Assembly: GCA_050084515.1 (NCBI GenBank)
Contig: CM114271.1
Coordinates: forward strand, 41,912,001-41,976,000
Origin: Blasia pusilla
Taxonomy: Eukaryota
DNA length: 64,000 nt
Reading direction: 5' to 3'
The position numbers were made by a program, and so were the translations under genes. Shown in pieces: positions 39,299-53,250 of this stretch (position 1 is the first letter of the stretch; each line of letters starts with the position of its first letter). Under the pieces are notes generated by a model that was not told the origin of the DNA, did not search any database, and saw nothing but the letters and a program-made list of their open reading frames with translations.

Positions 39299-42200
39299 AT
39301 ATCCTTCAAGTGTTACTACCAAGTAAGGTTGCAATATATCATGTGTTTTTGCAATGATTTCTGAAATGTGAACTCCATTGCAGAGCAGGATCTATGTGGG
39401 GCAAGGCAAGATGCAGACCAAGGTGTTAGTGGATTGTCATGACCCACCCTTGGCATGACATAAAGGAGAGTAATCTACGCTGGCTGTTCTGTCTAAGCGG
39501 TTCTTCTGGCCCAACATGAAAGAGGATGTTGCTCAATATGTGAAGACCTGTATAACCTACCAAGCAAACAGAGTTTCTTATGATAAGGAACAAGGCTTGC
39601 TGCATCCCTTGCCGATTCCAGAAGGAGCCTTGCAAAGTGTGAGTATGGATTTCATCACAAGTCTTCGGGAATCCGAGGGATACAACGCTATACTTGTGAT
39701 TGTGATCGGTTTAGCAAGTTGGCAAGATTTGTGCCGACGATGGATTCCGCAACGGCTTATACAATTTTGCAACTGTTCTTGGATGGCTGGTGGCGGGCTC
39801 ATGGTTTGCCGAGGAGCATTGTTTCACATTAAGATCCAAAATTTACCCGTGCTTTCTGGAAGTACTTATTCAGAAGATTTAAGACCACGCTGAGTTTTAG
39901 TATTGCCTTCCATCCACAAACGAATGGGCAGAATGAAAAGGTTAACTCGATCGTAAATCAGTACTTAAGGAATTAAGTGAGTGCGGATCAACGAGATTGG
40001 GTCAAGTGGCTAAGCATGGCAAAGTACTGCTACAACTTCACCAAGCATTCTGCAACTAGAAAATCTTCGTTTCTTCTAGAAAATGAACGAGAGCCAGAAG
40101 GGCCTCTTGACCTAGCCCTTTCAAAGGGTGCTACATTGGCATGGACATGACAAGCGACGGTAGAAGGTTTGTTAGTAGAGATGCGAGAACGAGAAGAGCG
40201 AGCAAGGCAAAGTCTTGAAAAGGATCAAATGAGGTACGTTAAGCATGCTAACAAGAGTCGGCGCCAAGTACGATTCCAAGTTGGGGAGCAAGTGTGGTTG
40301 AGTGTGAAGAATCTCACTCTTCTGAAAGAGTTGTTTGCGAAGCTGACTGCCAAGTATGTTGGACGGTATGTGATTATGGGGAACCCGTTTGAGGATGTGT
40401 ATACATTGGAGCTACCGGAAGAGTTCAAGATTCATCCAACCTTTCATGTGTCATTGTTGAAGAAATATCTTCAAGATAATGGGACCTTCGAGCGGAGACA
40501 AGTGTTGAGACCAAAACCGGTAACTGTGAATGAAGAACCAGAGTTCGAGGTGGAGACCATCTTGCGTTCAAGGCGTCGGGCCAACAAGTACAAGTACTTG
40601 GTTATATAGAAGGGCTACCATGTGAAGGAGGCCACTTGAATTGCATAGGCAGATTTGGAATGCGCGCAAGAGTTGTTGCGAGACTTCAAGCGGACGCAAG
40701 AGAAGCACATACGTTAGTACGCGGAGAAGCTTAGGACATGACTTGTGACCATAGGAATCTTGGGCCGAAGGCTGTTGTAACTAGAGCAGGCTAGTGTTGC
40801 AATAAAGGAATGCATGGATTTGGAGATTCGATGCTAGTGTTTCATTGCAATTTGTATGTGGTAGTGCATGGCTATGAGTCGTTCATCATATGTTTAGGAT
40901 GTAAGTCAAGAGGAGAGACAAGGAGTATTTGAGGTGAGAGCTCGTATTTGGATAAGCACCTAGAACAAGACCAAGTGTTGGATGACACTTGGGCTCGCCC
41001 TAGCGACGGCGGGGCAGATGAATCTGTCTTGGGGCTTGGGGTGATCGTACTTGTGGTAACATGAGTAAACTTAGTGACGCGCCTAAGTTGAATACGAGAG
41101 CGACCCAATAGTAATACGATTTGTGGACCGGGTAAACAAGTGTGATGTTTACAAGAGTGAGCCAGAAGAGTCTAAGGTTGCACACTTAGCTAGCTTATTT
41201 GATAGGTTAGTTCTTTGGAATGAGTCTAGGCTTATCGAAGAGGAGATGTTAATAATCCTAAGTGATGCAAAGCGACAACTTGAGACTTAAGAGGAATTAC
41301 GGACTAGCCACCAGAATGCAATTCGATGTCAAGGGGTAGGCTGCCCAGGAGACTTGACATAACAAAGGTTTGCGTTGATGAGGGCATCAACCTCTAAAAG
41401 AGGGGTGAGTGTCGCGACCCTCATGACCAAACGAGTGCCAAAGCGGAACATCGGAACACTAGCGGGCTCACACTAAGATGGTTTGCGCGTTGGAGTGGTC
41501 TCGGAGAAGAGACAAGAGACAAGACCCAAGCAAGGCTTTGCATTTCATATGTTATGATCGCGACTGAGAAACCTGGACCAAACGCGGATCAAAACTTGAG
41601 AGGAGTCAAGCCTACGAAGTGGGTTGCCAAAGGAAGGAATCCCGATTTGGGACGCCACTAGCGTTTGAGAGTTTCCGACTGTATTTATGGCCATAACTTT
41701 TAGTGCCAAGATTCGCTTGGGACGAGTAAGGATGCGTTGGAAAGCTTATGGAAAGCCGGTTTAGACTCACTAAAGATATCCGCAAATGCACTAGTAGCGG
41801 CTGAGAAACGGCTAAAAAACGACTGTAAGTAGAGTCAGGTTGAGGGCCAAAATGAAGGGCCCGACCATCCTTTCCCAAAGGTAGGGAGTGGGTGGAGATC
41901 TCCATAAGTACTAGTAAGGGGAGGTCTCCAAGGGTGCTTGGGACTTGAACCCCACTTTGGGCACTACGGGGCGGCTCAAGGGCATGGAACGGATTGGGAG
42001 TTTGGAGTTGGGCTTGAAAACCTGAACCAAGTCTATTGAGGTGAATTTTAGAGATCCCTCTTGGATTCCAACCCGTTCAATTGCTTGGGTCCCAGTTAGG
42101 AACTCGCACAAGGTCCGTTAAACAGTTCAGACCGCTAGGCGCGCAAGTGATGTTTTAGATTCTTGGACTAACCAAAAAGTCTGTTCCAAGTCTTGAAGGA

Positions 42201-42406
42201 CTTGCCGTGTTGGGAACCTAGGAATGAGGGAAGGTTGAGCTTGATGAGATGCTGAGTTGACGACTCGGTGGGTTGGAAGGACGCTTGACCCAAAGCCAGA
42301 TTAACGTGAGTGAGTTTGGATGCAGGTTGGTGATGAGAGCGTGTCCTACTGAACGTACGCTTCCGCAACACTAAGATTGACGTTCAAGGAGAGTAGGCGA
42401 ACGACA
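39299..42406 (+). mobile_element. 3' part of an older chromovirus (integrase plus chromodomain, PPT, LTR 41410-42406)
   Basis: FFWPNM..YVKTC..QA, SVSMDFIT, IHPTFHVSLLK, chromodomain EFEVETILRSR...YKYLV.*KGY (~40540-40700). PPT AAGAGGGGTGAG. LTR TGTCG...CGACA. Confidence 0.85.
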
Positions 42407-42839
42407 ATATAAGTAACTTGCTAAATTTTTGTGCTCCCCACAATAGTAGGATTATTGGATGATATGGTATCACATTTCTATGTTCGTGATATGATGTGAA
42501 ATAAGTCCAACAAAATATAGATTGATCAATAAAGGGTGCTATGGATCTGCTACTATCAATAGGAAAGTCAAATCTACACTAGGGGCGATGATCTTCAGAT
42601 TTGCGTACTAGTTATCCTTGCATTTATGAAGTTGCTTAATTACTTTTGACATTTTAACATAAAAGAGAGCAACATTTGCTACTAGTAGATGAGCAACATT
42701 GCTACACGATAGGGCTATGCCTAAGCATTGGCAGTAGGAGTCATTGCACTTGATTCTCCCATCGCTCGTCATGTTTGTATATACCATCAACATCCACCCT
42801 CTGACAAGTTTGATCATGATCCATCAATGGGATCCTCAT

Positions 42840-45430
42840 CCTCATACAAAGTAAACTATTAAGGAAGCTTGGTCTACTTCTTGGCTTCTCCTCTCTATAG
42901 ATCCAACTTTACAGTTGGTCCACGGGTAACAACAACGGAGGCCTCCGTCTGTTCAACCTCACACATCCAACTAGGATCCTCCATGTCTGTGGCGGCTCCA
43001 TATGAGGTTGATGCCAATAACCCGACATCAAGAAACCTCAATGCTATCTCGGTAATCTTTTGTTGTAAGTGCTCTATCTGGGTAGGCATCTTAGCCTCAC
43101 ATCCCATGTCTCCTTTGATTTGTCTGGGTGGCGAACCTCTATCTCCTTCACGGGCATATCTACCTCTTCCACGGACGAATCCAACTCTTTGTCTCTGTCA
43201 TTCAACATTGCACATGGAAAATTTCTATGTCTATGAGCTTATGTCCATCTCGAGGACAACCATATCGGTGCGGGCTATGCGGGCTGGGATGCTCACATCC
43301 CGCGCTATCCATATAGTACATTCTTGGTCGGCTTGCTTGCACCTTAACCCAACAATTTTCAGCCAATTTCTGTCACTTGATTTCTAGCCCACGTCGGGCC
43401 CATTGGGTCTCACACCACAAATGAGTCAGACACACATGCCCTTCCAAGCCAAACCATTCCCATTGATTGCATCTAGTGAGCGTCCATGCCATTAATGAAG
43501 ATCGACCTATGTTGAGCCCGCAAGAGGCCCCGGGGGGGGTCCTCGCCAAGCCTGTAGGCGGCATGCACCTAGCCCTCATCCCACCCCTCATCTTTTTGCC
43601 AATGTTTAATTTCCACATGGCAGCCGGCCATTCATCCATCCAACCCACACTCAGACCACGCTTGTCCCACATCCTACAAACCCCGCGTTGACACGTGGCA
43701 TCCTATGATTGGTTGAATGCTTGATCCAAACCCTCTTCCACCTTCCCACTATCTAAAATGGGTTTGAAACATAAACCCATAAGCAAGGGGCCCATAAGTG
43801 GGCCCTAATATAATTATAAGGAAGTAATTACGCCTGATTAACTTCACTTATCCTACTTCTCCTTCATGCTTTTTTCTTCTTAGTCTTGGATTAGGCCTCA
43901 AATTTATGTTGGTGCCTTGATAGCTTAGATCTTTCACAGTTTCTAGGAGTTTTGGGAGGATCCATCACATAACTTTTGGGATAATTCGATTCTTTTTGTG
44001 ACCGACTTGGATATTTGTGCTCCTTATTGTGTCTTAAACAAACTCTAATTTATTCCACATTAGGTGAGAGGTTGAGAGTGTGAAATTCTCTTGTATCACT
44101 AAATTTTTTTGGAATTCTTGAGATTTTAGATTCATCCCCTCGAAATTAGATGTGTTTGATTGGCTTTCCTCAGCACATCGGGGATATGGATGTGGTTAGC
44201 TTAAGGAAACTTATCTAAGCATGCATATATTCCCTTTGAGTGCTAAACCCTAAAACTAGATCCAAGATTCCATCCTTCATATCTTTATGCATGGAGTTAT
44301 TATTATAGCACAGTTAGTTGTTATCTTTTTGGTACTTTCCAGTCTCCACCTCAAGATTTCAACATACCTAGTCATGTTTTTCTTTTCTTGGTTATGTAGA
44401 AAATCTTCTTTTCTTCCTCCTCCGAACGATATGTTTAGTGAGTCTAAATCTTTGGGGTCTGGAGATAATTGAGTGGAGTCGAATGATAATGCCAAAAGGC
44501 AAAGAGTCAATTCCAAGAATGACTTTAAGATGGCTAGAAGAGAGGCATGGATGGCTAGACTAGTTTTTTCAGCTACCATTAGAGAAGAGACGATCCTACA
44601 TTCCGAGGGGTATGGATGGATTCCATGACTTTATCTTATAATTGCAAAGATTGTGTTAGAGAGTTTCAACGCCATGGGAGTGGAAGACCGATGCGAAAGA
44701 GGCTGAGAGGTTAAGTGCATTTTGTTCCCAACAAGGTCTTAACTTGGAGAGAGTTTATGTCAATCTCAAGATATATAAGAAGGAAAAACCCATCATTGTA
44801 GAGACAACTCCACTAGAAATATTTTGTGTAGAGTTCAAAAATGATGAACATATTTTTAAGGGATGTAATACTCCGGTGGAGAAGACATTCATAGTTCCAC
44901 ATGGAATTGTGTCAATTTTTAGCAAGGATGTAGTGGTAGGAGATGATCTAGAGGATACCTTCTTGAGGGGAAGATCACTTCCACGAAAAGCCCCCATCAC
45001 ATAAGACAAAGAATAGGAATTTTTAAATGATTTGGCTAAAGATTTATAAATTTTAGTGGAACAACATAAAGGCTAGATTTATTTTTTGGCCATATTATAA
45101 GAACAATAAGGGTGCTTAAAAATGAAACCCTTCCACACAAGTTGTTAGTGAAAGTTAGGATTTACACAAGTAAAGATATTATTGGACCACTTTTAAAATC
45201 TTTATTGGACCTAATTTCATATCATACAATTGAAGAAATTAGTTTTAATGACATGTTAGGGATTCTTGGGACCCTTTGTTTGATTTAATTAAGTTCACTA
45301 GGGATTAGGGTGGCAATAACATTGCAGTTGCTATTTGGGGAGTTTTCACTTGAATTTCAACGCTCTCATTTTCGAGAGCGTTGAAATTTAAGTGAAAACT
45401 CTACAACAAGCTTTTGTGAGGGTGAGATCA
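42840..45430. mobile_element. Highly degraded LTR-retrotransposon remnants
   Basis: Weak gag-like fragments and LTR-like composition only. Confidence 0.3.
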
Positions 45431-45616
45431 ATGAGCGTCCAATCCAAAGTAGCTCCATTGGTTAAGGCACACAAGGTGTATAAACATTAAGGGCACAAAA
45501 TTTAGAGTTTTTTGAAAATCTTGGGAGGCAAAAAACTTCATTTATAAATGTTGTAAGTTTTCTTAAGTATCATTTTCTTCATTGTTTATTGGATACATGT
45601 CTCGCAATTTTGAGAT

Positions 45617-45619
<3 letters not shown>

Positions 45620-45673
<54 letters not shown>
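45620..45673. repeat. (GA)n microsatellite
   Basis: Seen directly. Confidence 0.95.
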
Positions 45674-45677
<4 letters not shown>

Positions 45678-45690
45678 GGAAGAGATATAT

Positions 45691-46955
45691 TGATAACGGG
45701 TTTCCAAGGTTATTCTGAAGATGTTGAAAAAGACAAGGACTTATCTTAGAGGAGTGAAGAAATGTGGAAAGAAGAGACTCGGGGAAGCAAGGAAGAAGAG
45801 AATATAAAGATGAAGAATTCAAATTTGTTCAACAAAAGACTTTTCAAGAAGAAGAATTACCTTTACCTTTCGGAGACTTTGTACCGTTTACATGAAGACT
45901 ATATCATGGCTGAAGAGCTTCCGTAAAGACTAAGATGCTCTTCAAGAAGACTACACAGTACTTACGAAGAAAGAAATAAAAGAACAAAGATATCTGGAAG
46001 AGGACTAAAAGAGGAACAATGACATTCTTTGCAAAGACTAAAGATCTTCACAACAAAGACTTCAAGAAATTCAAAGATTTTTTTAAGAATAGAAAGAATT
46101 AAAGTAGTTAGAATAATAGAGTCATGATCTTTGGAATCTAGACAAAAAGGAGTATGACGCTTCAAAAGAAGTTACAACGGTTGCACTAACAGATTTCACG
46201 GGATCACCAACAAAGCTATGATAGACCATTGATTAGCCAATTAGCGAGATTCCCAAAAAACCTCTTGGTAAAAAGATTTTTTTAATATCTCAAGAAGGGA
46301 TCATGTTAACACTAGTATTTAAGAAGATTCTAAGAAGGAAGAAACATCGTTCGAGTGAAGACCTAAAGATGCTATTGGAATGATCCGAGCTTAGGAGAGA
46401 GTAGCAAACTTAAGCTTGTACTGTGAGGGAGCCCCATGTGTTTTTTATGAAATAGAATAGATCCTATTTCTCCATTTTGAAGTGTAGAGGTGTCAATTTG
46501 CATGTGATTGGGTTTGTAGACTGTGAGAGATGTATGAGTTTGGATTCGTGAGAAAGAGGGAAGGTTTAGTGTGTATGATGTATTAAATCTGTTAGATAGA
46601 GAATAACCTACCATGATGGATTGAATTCCGAGAGTAGGGAGAACCATCTGAACATTGTGATCTCTTCGAGGTTCTTTCTAGGTTATCACGAGTCCAATTT
46701 GAGAGGACATTATTCTTCTTCTAGTGGAGAAGACATTTTTAGGGAAAATTGACATGCTACTTTGTGAGAGAGCATGTGAGGGAGAAAAAGTTGATTGAAG
46801 GAACAAGAGAGAAATCCGAGATTGAATCAATTTTCTCAATAAAACTACCTATCAAGAGATAAGAGTGATCCTTTTGGGGAACGAATTATATACTTAACGC
46901 TCAAAATACTGAATTCAGAAAATACCAGAACATTACATGAATGAATCCATAGACA
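45691..46955 (+). repeat. Probable solo LTR related to the Athila-like LTR at 30516-31680
   Basis: TG...CA ends. Shares blocks (GATCCT..TGGGGA.CGAA, CATTACAT..AGAC, ATCTGT..AGAG..TAACCTACC) with the reverse complement of 30520-30870. No convincing TSD. Confidence 0.5.
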
Positions 46956-46964
46956 TATCGATAA

Positions 46965-47133
46965 TAAGACATAATGTTTCCTTTGTCACTTACATTGATT
47001 AAGGTCAAGTGTTAACCTCATTCTTAGGATTGATTCAAGTTGATAACAAGGATGCCGAGTCCATTTTAGAGTGTATCGTATCCTTACTTAGGGAATGGGG
47101 CTTGGAGTTTCAAAGATGGTTGGTTTTGGATCT
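46965..47133 (+). pseudogene. hAT-type (ZNF862/KIAA1586-like) transposase fragment
   Basis: SFVTYID*GQVLTSFLGLIQVDNKDAESILECIVSLLREWGLGVSKMVGFGS, broken just before the expected DGA motif. Confidence 0.6.
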
Positions 47134-47461
47134 CGGGGACTTCACTATACAAATATACTCTATATCATGTGCGTGCAAGACCCTATTAATCCAAACTACT
47201 CCCCCCCCTCCCCCTTAATATTAAAGTCCCTTCTTACATCAGCAGCATGATATTAAAGGCCCTTTCTTATAAGTGACCTTTGATTATTTCAGCCCTTTGC
47301 CTGAAAAAAAAACTTAAGTAATCCAAAAAAAATTGCCAACAATGAAGATTGCATATTACAATTTCATATTATAATTTCTGCCTGAATTCTTGACATGATC
47401 ACATGTCTCAAAATTGAATCACAATAGAAGAAGAATCTGCAAAGAATGAACATGGTGGACA

Positions 47462-49651
47462 TCATGTCCTCAAGGTATGGTTCTTATCTAAAAATCTATC
47501 AAGGGCCTTTCTATCATTCTCATCTAAAGTCCACGTCTTCACCAGATCCCCGCTTGTAACTTGCATGGTCACCAAGCTCACTACCATCTCAATATCAATC
47601 AATCTAGTATCTACCTCATTATATTTAAACTTGTTCTTGTTATTGCCTACTCGCTTATACCAATTACACATGACTTGGCATACATATTGGCCACCTTCAT
47701 TCAGAGGGACAGGTCTATCTAGCAAATCCACTTCATGTCTAGATCGAGTAAACTTGGCTTCATATTTCCTCCTAATTTTTGAACTTTTCCTATCCAAATG
47801 ATTTGATCACATCCACTCAAAATAGATGCCTCGTTAATATCTCTAGGCCTTGATGTCTTCCCTTTTCCTTTTCCTTTTCCTCTCCCTTTGTTTGCAGCTA
47901 ATGATGCTCGAATGGACCTGCATGGTTGAAGAACAGTTGGACCACATGCAAAGACAACAGCAATATCAGAACTAATATCGAGAATAATCTTCTCACTTTC
48001 ATCACTCTATTCTCCATGGAACTATTCCAATGAATAGATTCCCTCATCTTCCCTAAATGCTGGACCCTTTTCAATCTATCTTTTGAAAGAGAAGGATTTC
48101 CCACAAGTAGGCTAATAAAACTAGACTTGTATATCTGACTCCCCTCAAATGTAACTATAGGAGTTACTTTGTTGAGTCTCTCCTCCCTACCATGAAGTTC
48201 TGAAGACATGAATTCCTCAAAAACATGACCAACTTTATTCCCAACAACATCTATATCATTCAATCCATCATCTAGCATATCATCATCTCCAGGTAAAGTA
48301 GGACTAGTATCACTCGTGTTCTACAATGCATTATCAACAAGGTCCAAGTCGTCTCCATTTCCATCTTGAGTCAGAGGAGAAATGCTTGGTCTCTCAAGGT
48401 CTGAATCCCGAAGAGGTATAACTTCGTCTTCTGGTTCCGCCTCTTCATCAAGATCAATTTCCATGTTCCAGATAGAAATGACATCTTTCTTCCACATTTG
48501 GGTTTCTATCACCCAAGGTGTATTCCACCACCTTGTACCAATCTCTGATGTATGTGGATTCATCTCTAATCTTATGCAAAGATTTTGAGCCTCCCACAAA
48601 CCCCGCTTTAAGATATCTACAACAAGTTCATCTGTGGCAATACTATTGTAATCCTCCAAAATCATTAGTAACTAGCATGGAAGGAGAGGATGTAAGTCAT
48701 ACCAAATATGCTCCATTTTCTTATGAGCCCTTCATAATTTCAACCCTTCTATACCATAATCTAATGTAGCAATTCTGTTTAAACCTGAGACTGAATCCAT
48801 CAGAACTCAAAATCATAATTCCGCTCATAACCCGCCATCCCTCCAACTTTAGAAATGAAGATTTCACAACAATCTGATCCTGTTAATAGGAACATGAAGC
48901 AAGGGATATTTGTCTCTAAAGAGGAAAATCAATTGCACAACATAGTGACATGACATATTCACATCATGAAATGCTTGCAGACTAATCATGTTCTTTTCAG
49001 AATATATATCACTACTTAACTTCAACCACAACCTCCATAGTCGTAGGAATGATGTGATTTTTTAACACAGCATGATTCGAGTCCACAAGTCATGTTGTAC
49101 ACAATCAGGGGAAAATAAAACATCAATGTGATCAGCACAGATTGATAGGTATATCTTTGTACCCAAAGCAGAGCATCATCACGTGTTTGCAAGTCATGAA
49201 GACAAGCTTGCACTCCTCTACTTGCAACTCTCTATGCAGAGGCCCAATTCTGTATGTCCCTTCTTCTTGTATCATCAAATGTTAGATGATGTTGCTTGTT
49301 AGGATAAAGGTTGTACACCAGTTGTACGTGTTCTAAAGACGCTTTGTAAGGACCTAACATAATTGGATGGTTTGCTCTATCTAATGGGTTCAACAATTTC
49401 TTCCCACAATGAGAAGGATCTTGATCACCAAACCCTTCATAATCCCCATTAGGATATTCATGTATTGTGAATCCCCACCCTGCCCAATTCAAACCCTTAC
49501 GAGGGTGATCCCCATATGGTCCTCTATCCATATAATCTTCAAGTTTACGCCTTCGTGCATCACCATCAAAAGCATTCCCAATAGCAATGCCTACCGATTC
49601 CCTACAATTTGCATCCCCCATGGTTTTCATATCCTCCCACTGAGCCCTTAC
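47462..49651 (-). pseudogene. P-element/THAP9-like DDE transposase, 5'-truncated
   Basis: IGNAFDGDARRRKL (D), DQDPSHCGKKL (DxxH), DIQNWASA, and LTGSDCCEIFISKVGG (E, ~48840-48890) in P-type order. Confidence 0.62.
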
Positions 49652-50068
49652 CCGAGGTGCGGGAAGAGAAGAGGAAGAGAGGAAGAGAGGAGAGAGGACT
49701 ACCTTCAACCGAAAGAGATACTTTTTTTTTAAGAGAGTTTCCTATGATTTGAATAGAGTTTCCGTTGGGTTGAAGAGAGGAAACTTTTTGTGTGAATTTT
49801 TTTGCACTTTTTTGCTCAATTATTAAGCAGTCCCACAATTTTTTTTTTCCTCTTCCATATTTTGGCAACCCATCTGAGTCCGACGAGTTGCAAATTGCAA
49901 AAAATTTAGAAAACTGAAAAATGAGTAAAATCATAAGTGTGGAACCAATCACTTTTTCCATCCAAGGTTGGAAACAATCTATCATTTGCTCTCGGCTGAA
50001 TAGAGTTCAAGCTCAAAGTGAAGGTTGTGGAAAAATGAAAGTACAATTTAAAACCTCATTTTACATCC

Positions 50069-52662
50069 TCAAAGTGGTTTGTTTAAAATACTTCGCACTT
50101 CTTTGAGGGACACAATTGGTTGGTGGATTCCTACTCCTACCTCCAACTCTCTTAAAACTACCAACAACACATAGTACATGTGCTTACAAGGGAAATACCT
50201 TTTGCCACTTGTCTCTCTTTGGACAAAGTCATCACATGAACATGTGGGAAAGCAACAGATGTGCACCACACACACCCCTGTGACACTTGAATTTACAGTG
50301 TTGTTCCTGACCCAATACATCCTTCCTATTCCATTGCCACTCTGGACATCTTTCGTGGCGATGATCTCCATTTTTGCCTCCCGAGCTGATGCAATTTGCT
50401 TTGCTCTCTCCACCATTGGCCTACACATTTTGTTTCTCTTCACCCCATATCTAGACTCAAACAGAAATAGTGGATTGAGATCATCCACCTTCTCTGAGTA
50501 CATGTTGACATCAATCTTGGGTTGAATACAAAATGCAAAGGTCTCTATAATGCAAACATGCTCTGAACTTCCTCCGTGTGCAAGTCTGAAATCGACACTT
50601 GTAAGATTTTCCACTTTGTCTTGAGTGCAATTCGTACCTACGGCGATGGGCCAAATCGTGGGGGTATTCCCCGGAGCTCCAATGGCAGCCGGATAAGACT
50701 TCCGGAAAGCGCACGATTCATTTGGGAAAAAGAAGTACTTCAATTGATCCCCGGTCCTCGTGAAACGATCAAAGGTTTTGAGTCCCCAAAACCCAGGCAG
50801 TGGTCGTCCAGTCCTTGTACAATTCTTAATTAGGAAAGTGCCACATGCTCTCCTAATGCCATCAGATCCTGCCTTGCAAGTGGGTCCACGACCGGGGTTG
50901 CTCTGGGATATATGCCACCGTTTCAAGTTGCAATCCACCTCCATGACCGGAATCCCATATTGTTGAACCACCCAAGCGACCGAATGTTGCGAACTTCCAA
51001 CAACGGAGGGCTTTTGAAATAAAACATTCACTGATTTTGGAGAAGTTACTCCATCACGGATTTGGGAGCAGTCCGGGGTCCCCGAATACCTGGGCAGCGT
51101 AATTTCCTCATCCAAATCAATCACCGGATTTGTTTCTCAATGCTGCCTCTTCACATGCTTGAAGTCAAGATACTTATCTGGTCTCCACGAGTCTCGCTCG
51201 GATTGCTCTACCACCATCTGTATGGGACTTCGTGAAACGCGCCCATGAATATCCCCACCAATGTGTACGTCTTGCTCGAGGGGAGTTCCTGCTACACACC
51301 GGTCAAAGGCTTCCACAAAGAGTTTTTCATCACCAGATCTCACAACCGCCCTCACATAGAGCTCGTAGATCAAAGGCCCCCTTCCTTTTGTTATGCCTTT
51401 TGTGAGGAAGATATGGGATGCTGTAGATTGTAGGATTGCTCTTGCCTGGTCTTGTTGGCATGCCTCCACAAGTGAAATTATTTGGCATGCTTGTGACGAC
51501 CTCCAAGAGGAATGAACACTTTCTGCTCCACTTGTGTTGGGGCAGAGGGCATTTTCATGAATGTTCAATCCCTGCAACGACGGCAATGTGAGAAGGGAAC
51601 GAAAATAACTCAGAAGTCGGAGAATTAAGCTACCTGTCGGAATCGGACGGGTTGCAAGGCTGAGGCATCCCATGAACGACTTTGTGACCCGTCGGGTCCC
51701 GACGTTTTGCAACACCCAGGAACCACCTACTGCAACCCGTCCGATTCCGATGGGTTGCAAGAACCTTTGGCCACTCTGGGCTGGAAGATCCAAGTGCAAG
51801 TCATCCAAAACCCATCCGGGTCGAACTATTTCCAGGCCTTGTATGCATGTGACTTGCATACTTGTATATGGGTTGCACCAAAATTCTTGATGCAACCCGT
51901 CCGTTTCCGACGGGTTGCATACGCGGGCAACCCGTCGGTTTCCGACTGGTTGCACACTCAGAAAACCTGTCCGTTTCCGACCGGTTGCATACTCAGGCAA
52001 CCCGTCTGTTTTCGACGAGTTGCACACTCGGGCAACCCGTCTGTCTCCGAGGGGTTGCACACTCGCGCAACCTGTCGCATCCGACAAGTTGCTTGGTTTC
52101 TTCGGTTTGAAATCCCTATAGTGCCCACACTTCTCAACTTGAGCTGCAACTTTTCATATAATTCTCAGCGTGAGCTTGACAAGACAAAATAGTGAACTCA
52201 CCTGCTGCATGAAGTTTCCCCATTGTCTCATACGTACAGTCCACCAACTCAGCCAAGAGCACAACTCTTTGTACTTCCCCTCAATCGCATGTTTCCTCCA
52301 CCACCCATGAAGTTCTTCTTGGCATTCCATGGCCCGTTTCAAGGTTTTGCTGTCCTTGCAGCGTTGGAGTAGAGTGACATGCTCTGTCCTCTTATTCTCC
52401 TTGATGCAAGATTTGGTGTACCGGGTCACAGACTGTTGCCAATGGAAAGCATCCGACCTTTCCCTCTCCGGTTGAACCTCTCCAGCCCAGAACACTTCCC
52501 TGATAGCAATCCACCCAAGTTGTGCATTGTCCGCCATGAACCCATAAATTTCCGGAGGTGGCCATTTGTTTTCCTTCACCACCTCCAATAAGAGTAACCA
52601 GCACATCTTCAAACTGCCAACGTCTTCTACTTTTACTTCACAGACAAATATAGTTTTGAGTC
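50069..52662 (-). pseudogene. C-terminal half of a MULE-like DDE transposase with SWIM zinc finger (exons 52662-52202 and 51571-50069)
   Basis: GFMADNAQ, AFHWQQS, PNTSGAESVHSSW, SWIM-type CSC...PCKH. Phase-0 intron 52201-51572 (GTGAG...TGCAG). One in-frame TGA at 51137-51139. Confidence 0.75.
51892..52092. repeat. 35-bp-period tandem array of 27-bp palindromes, intronic
   Basis: GCAACCCGTCGGTTTCCGACGGGTTGC consensus plus ~8-bp spacers. Units start at 51892, 51927 and onward. Confidence 0.85.
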
Positions 52663-52716
52663 CTGAATTGCAAGATGGGCCTTCACATAACTCAAAGAAC
52701 AAAGATTGTGTCTTAC

Positions 52717-53250
52717 CCGCTCGAAGATTGGGTCGGTGTCTTGGCCCGCCAACTGCTCTGGGACAGCAGTTGGCAAGTCCACTAGAAACTCGTCGATCCG
52801 ATAGAGGTCGATTTCTTCCGCCGGGCTAAGAGACGAGGAAGACCGCTCTCGTGCTTCTTCAACGATGTCCACCATCTCCATGTTGGGGGTCCTCATGACC
52901 TCATCGTCCGTCATTTGAACTTCGGCCGTTTCCTCTATATTGATTGTGTCCGCGGACTTCATCGGGGATATTTCCTGCATCTCAACACTTTCGATTGGAT
53001 GGGCCGGGCTTTCTTCAATGGCAATCGCTTTTTCCCTTCGAGATTTTGCCAATTCTGCTCTCCTCACCGACGCGTCTATACGCTTCTTTTCACGCTTTTC
53101 CTCGTCAATCCTTTGCTTCAAGGCCTGCGATGACTTAGCCTCTGCGTTCTGTTTTTCGAGCGCCTCCTCAATACATTTTGCAAGAAGCTCCTGCTTGTGC
53201 ATATCCGCTTCCCTTTTGCGCTCCTCGATCTCTTGTTGCCTTAATCTCAT
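52717..53250 (-). pseudogene. 5' exon of cargo gene B (charged coiled-coil), separated from its 3' exon by the inversion
   Basis: E/K/R-rich ORF ending IFER|GTAAG donor at 52716. TATAAATA on the minus strand near 53630. Confidence 0.6.

Noticed and set aside
51572-52087. N-terminal half of the 316-aa ORF 51137-52087
   Set aside because: It reads through the repeat-filled intron. Only 51571 downward is transposase-like.
51892-52092. CRISPR-like palindromic repeat array
   Set aside because: Spacers are only ~8 bp and nearly identical, there are no cas genes, and the array lies in a eukaryotic intron.
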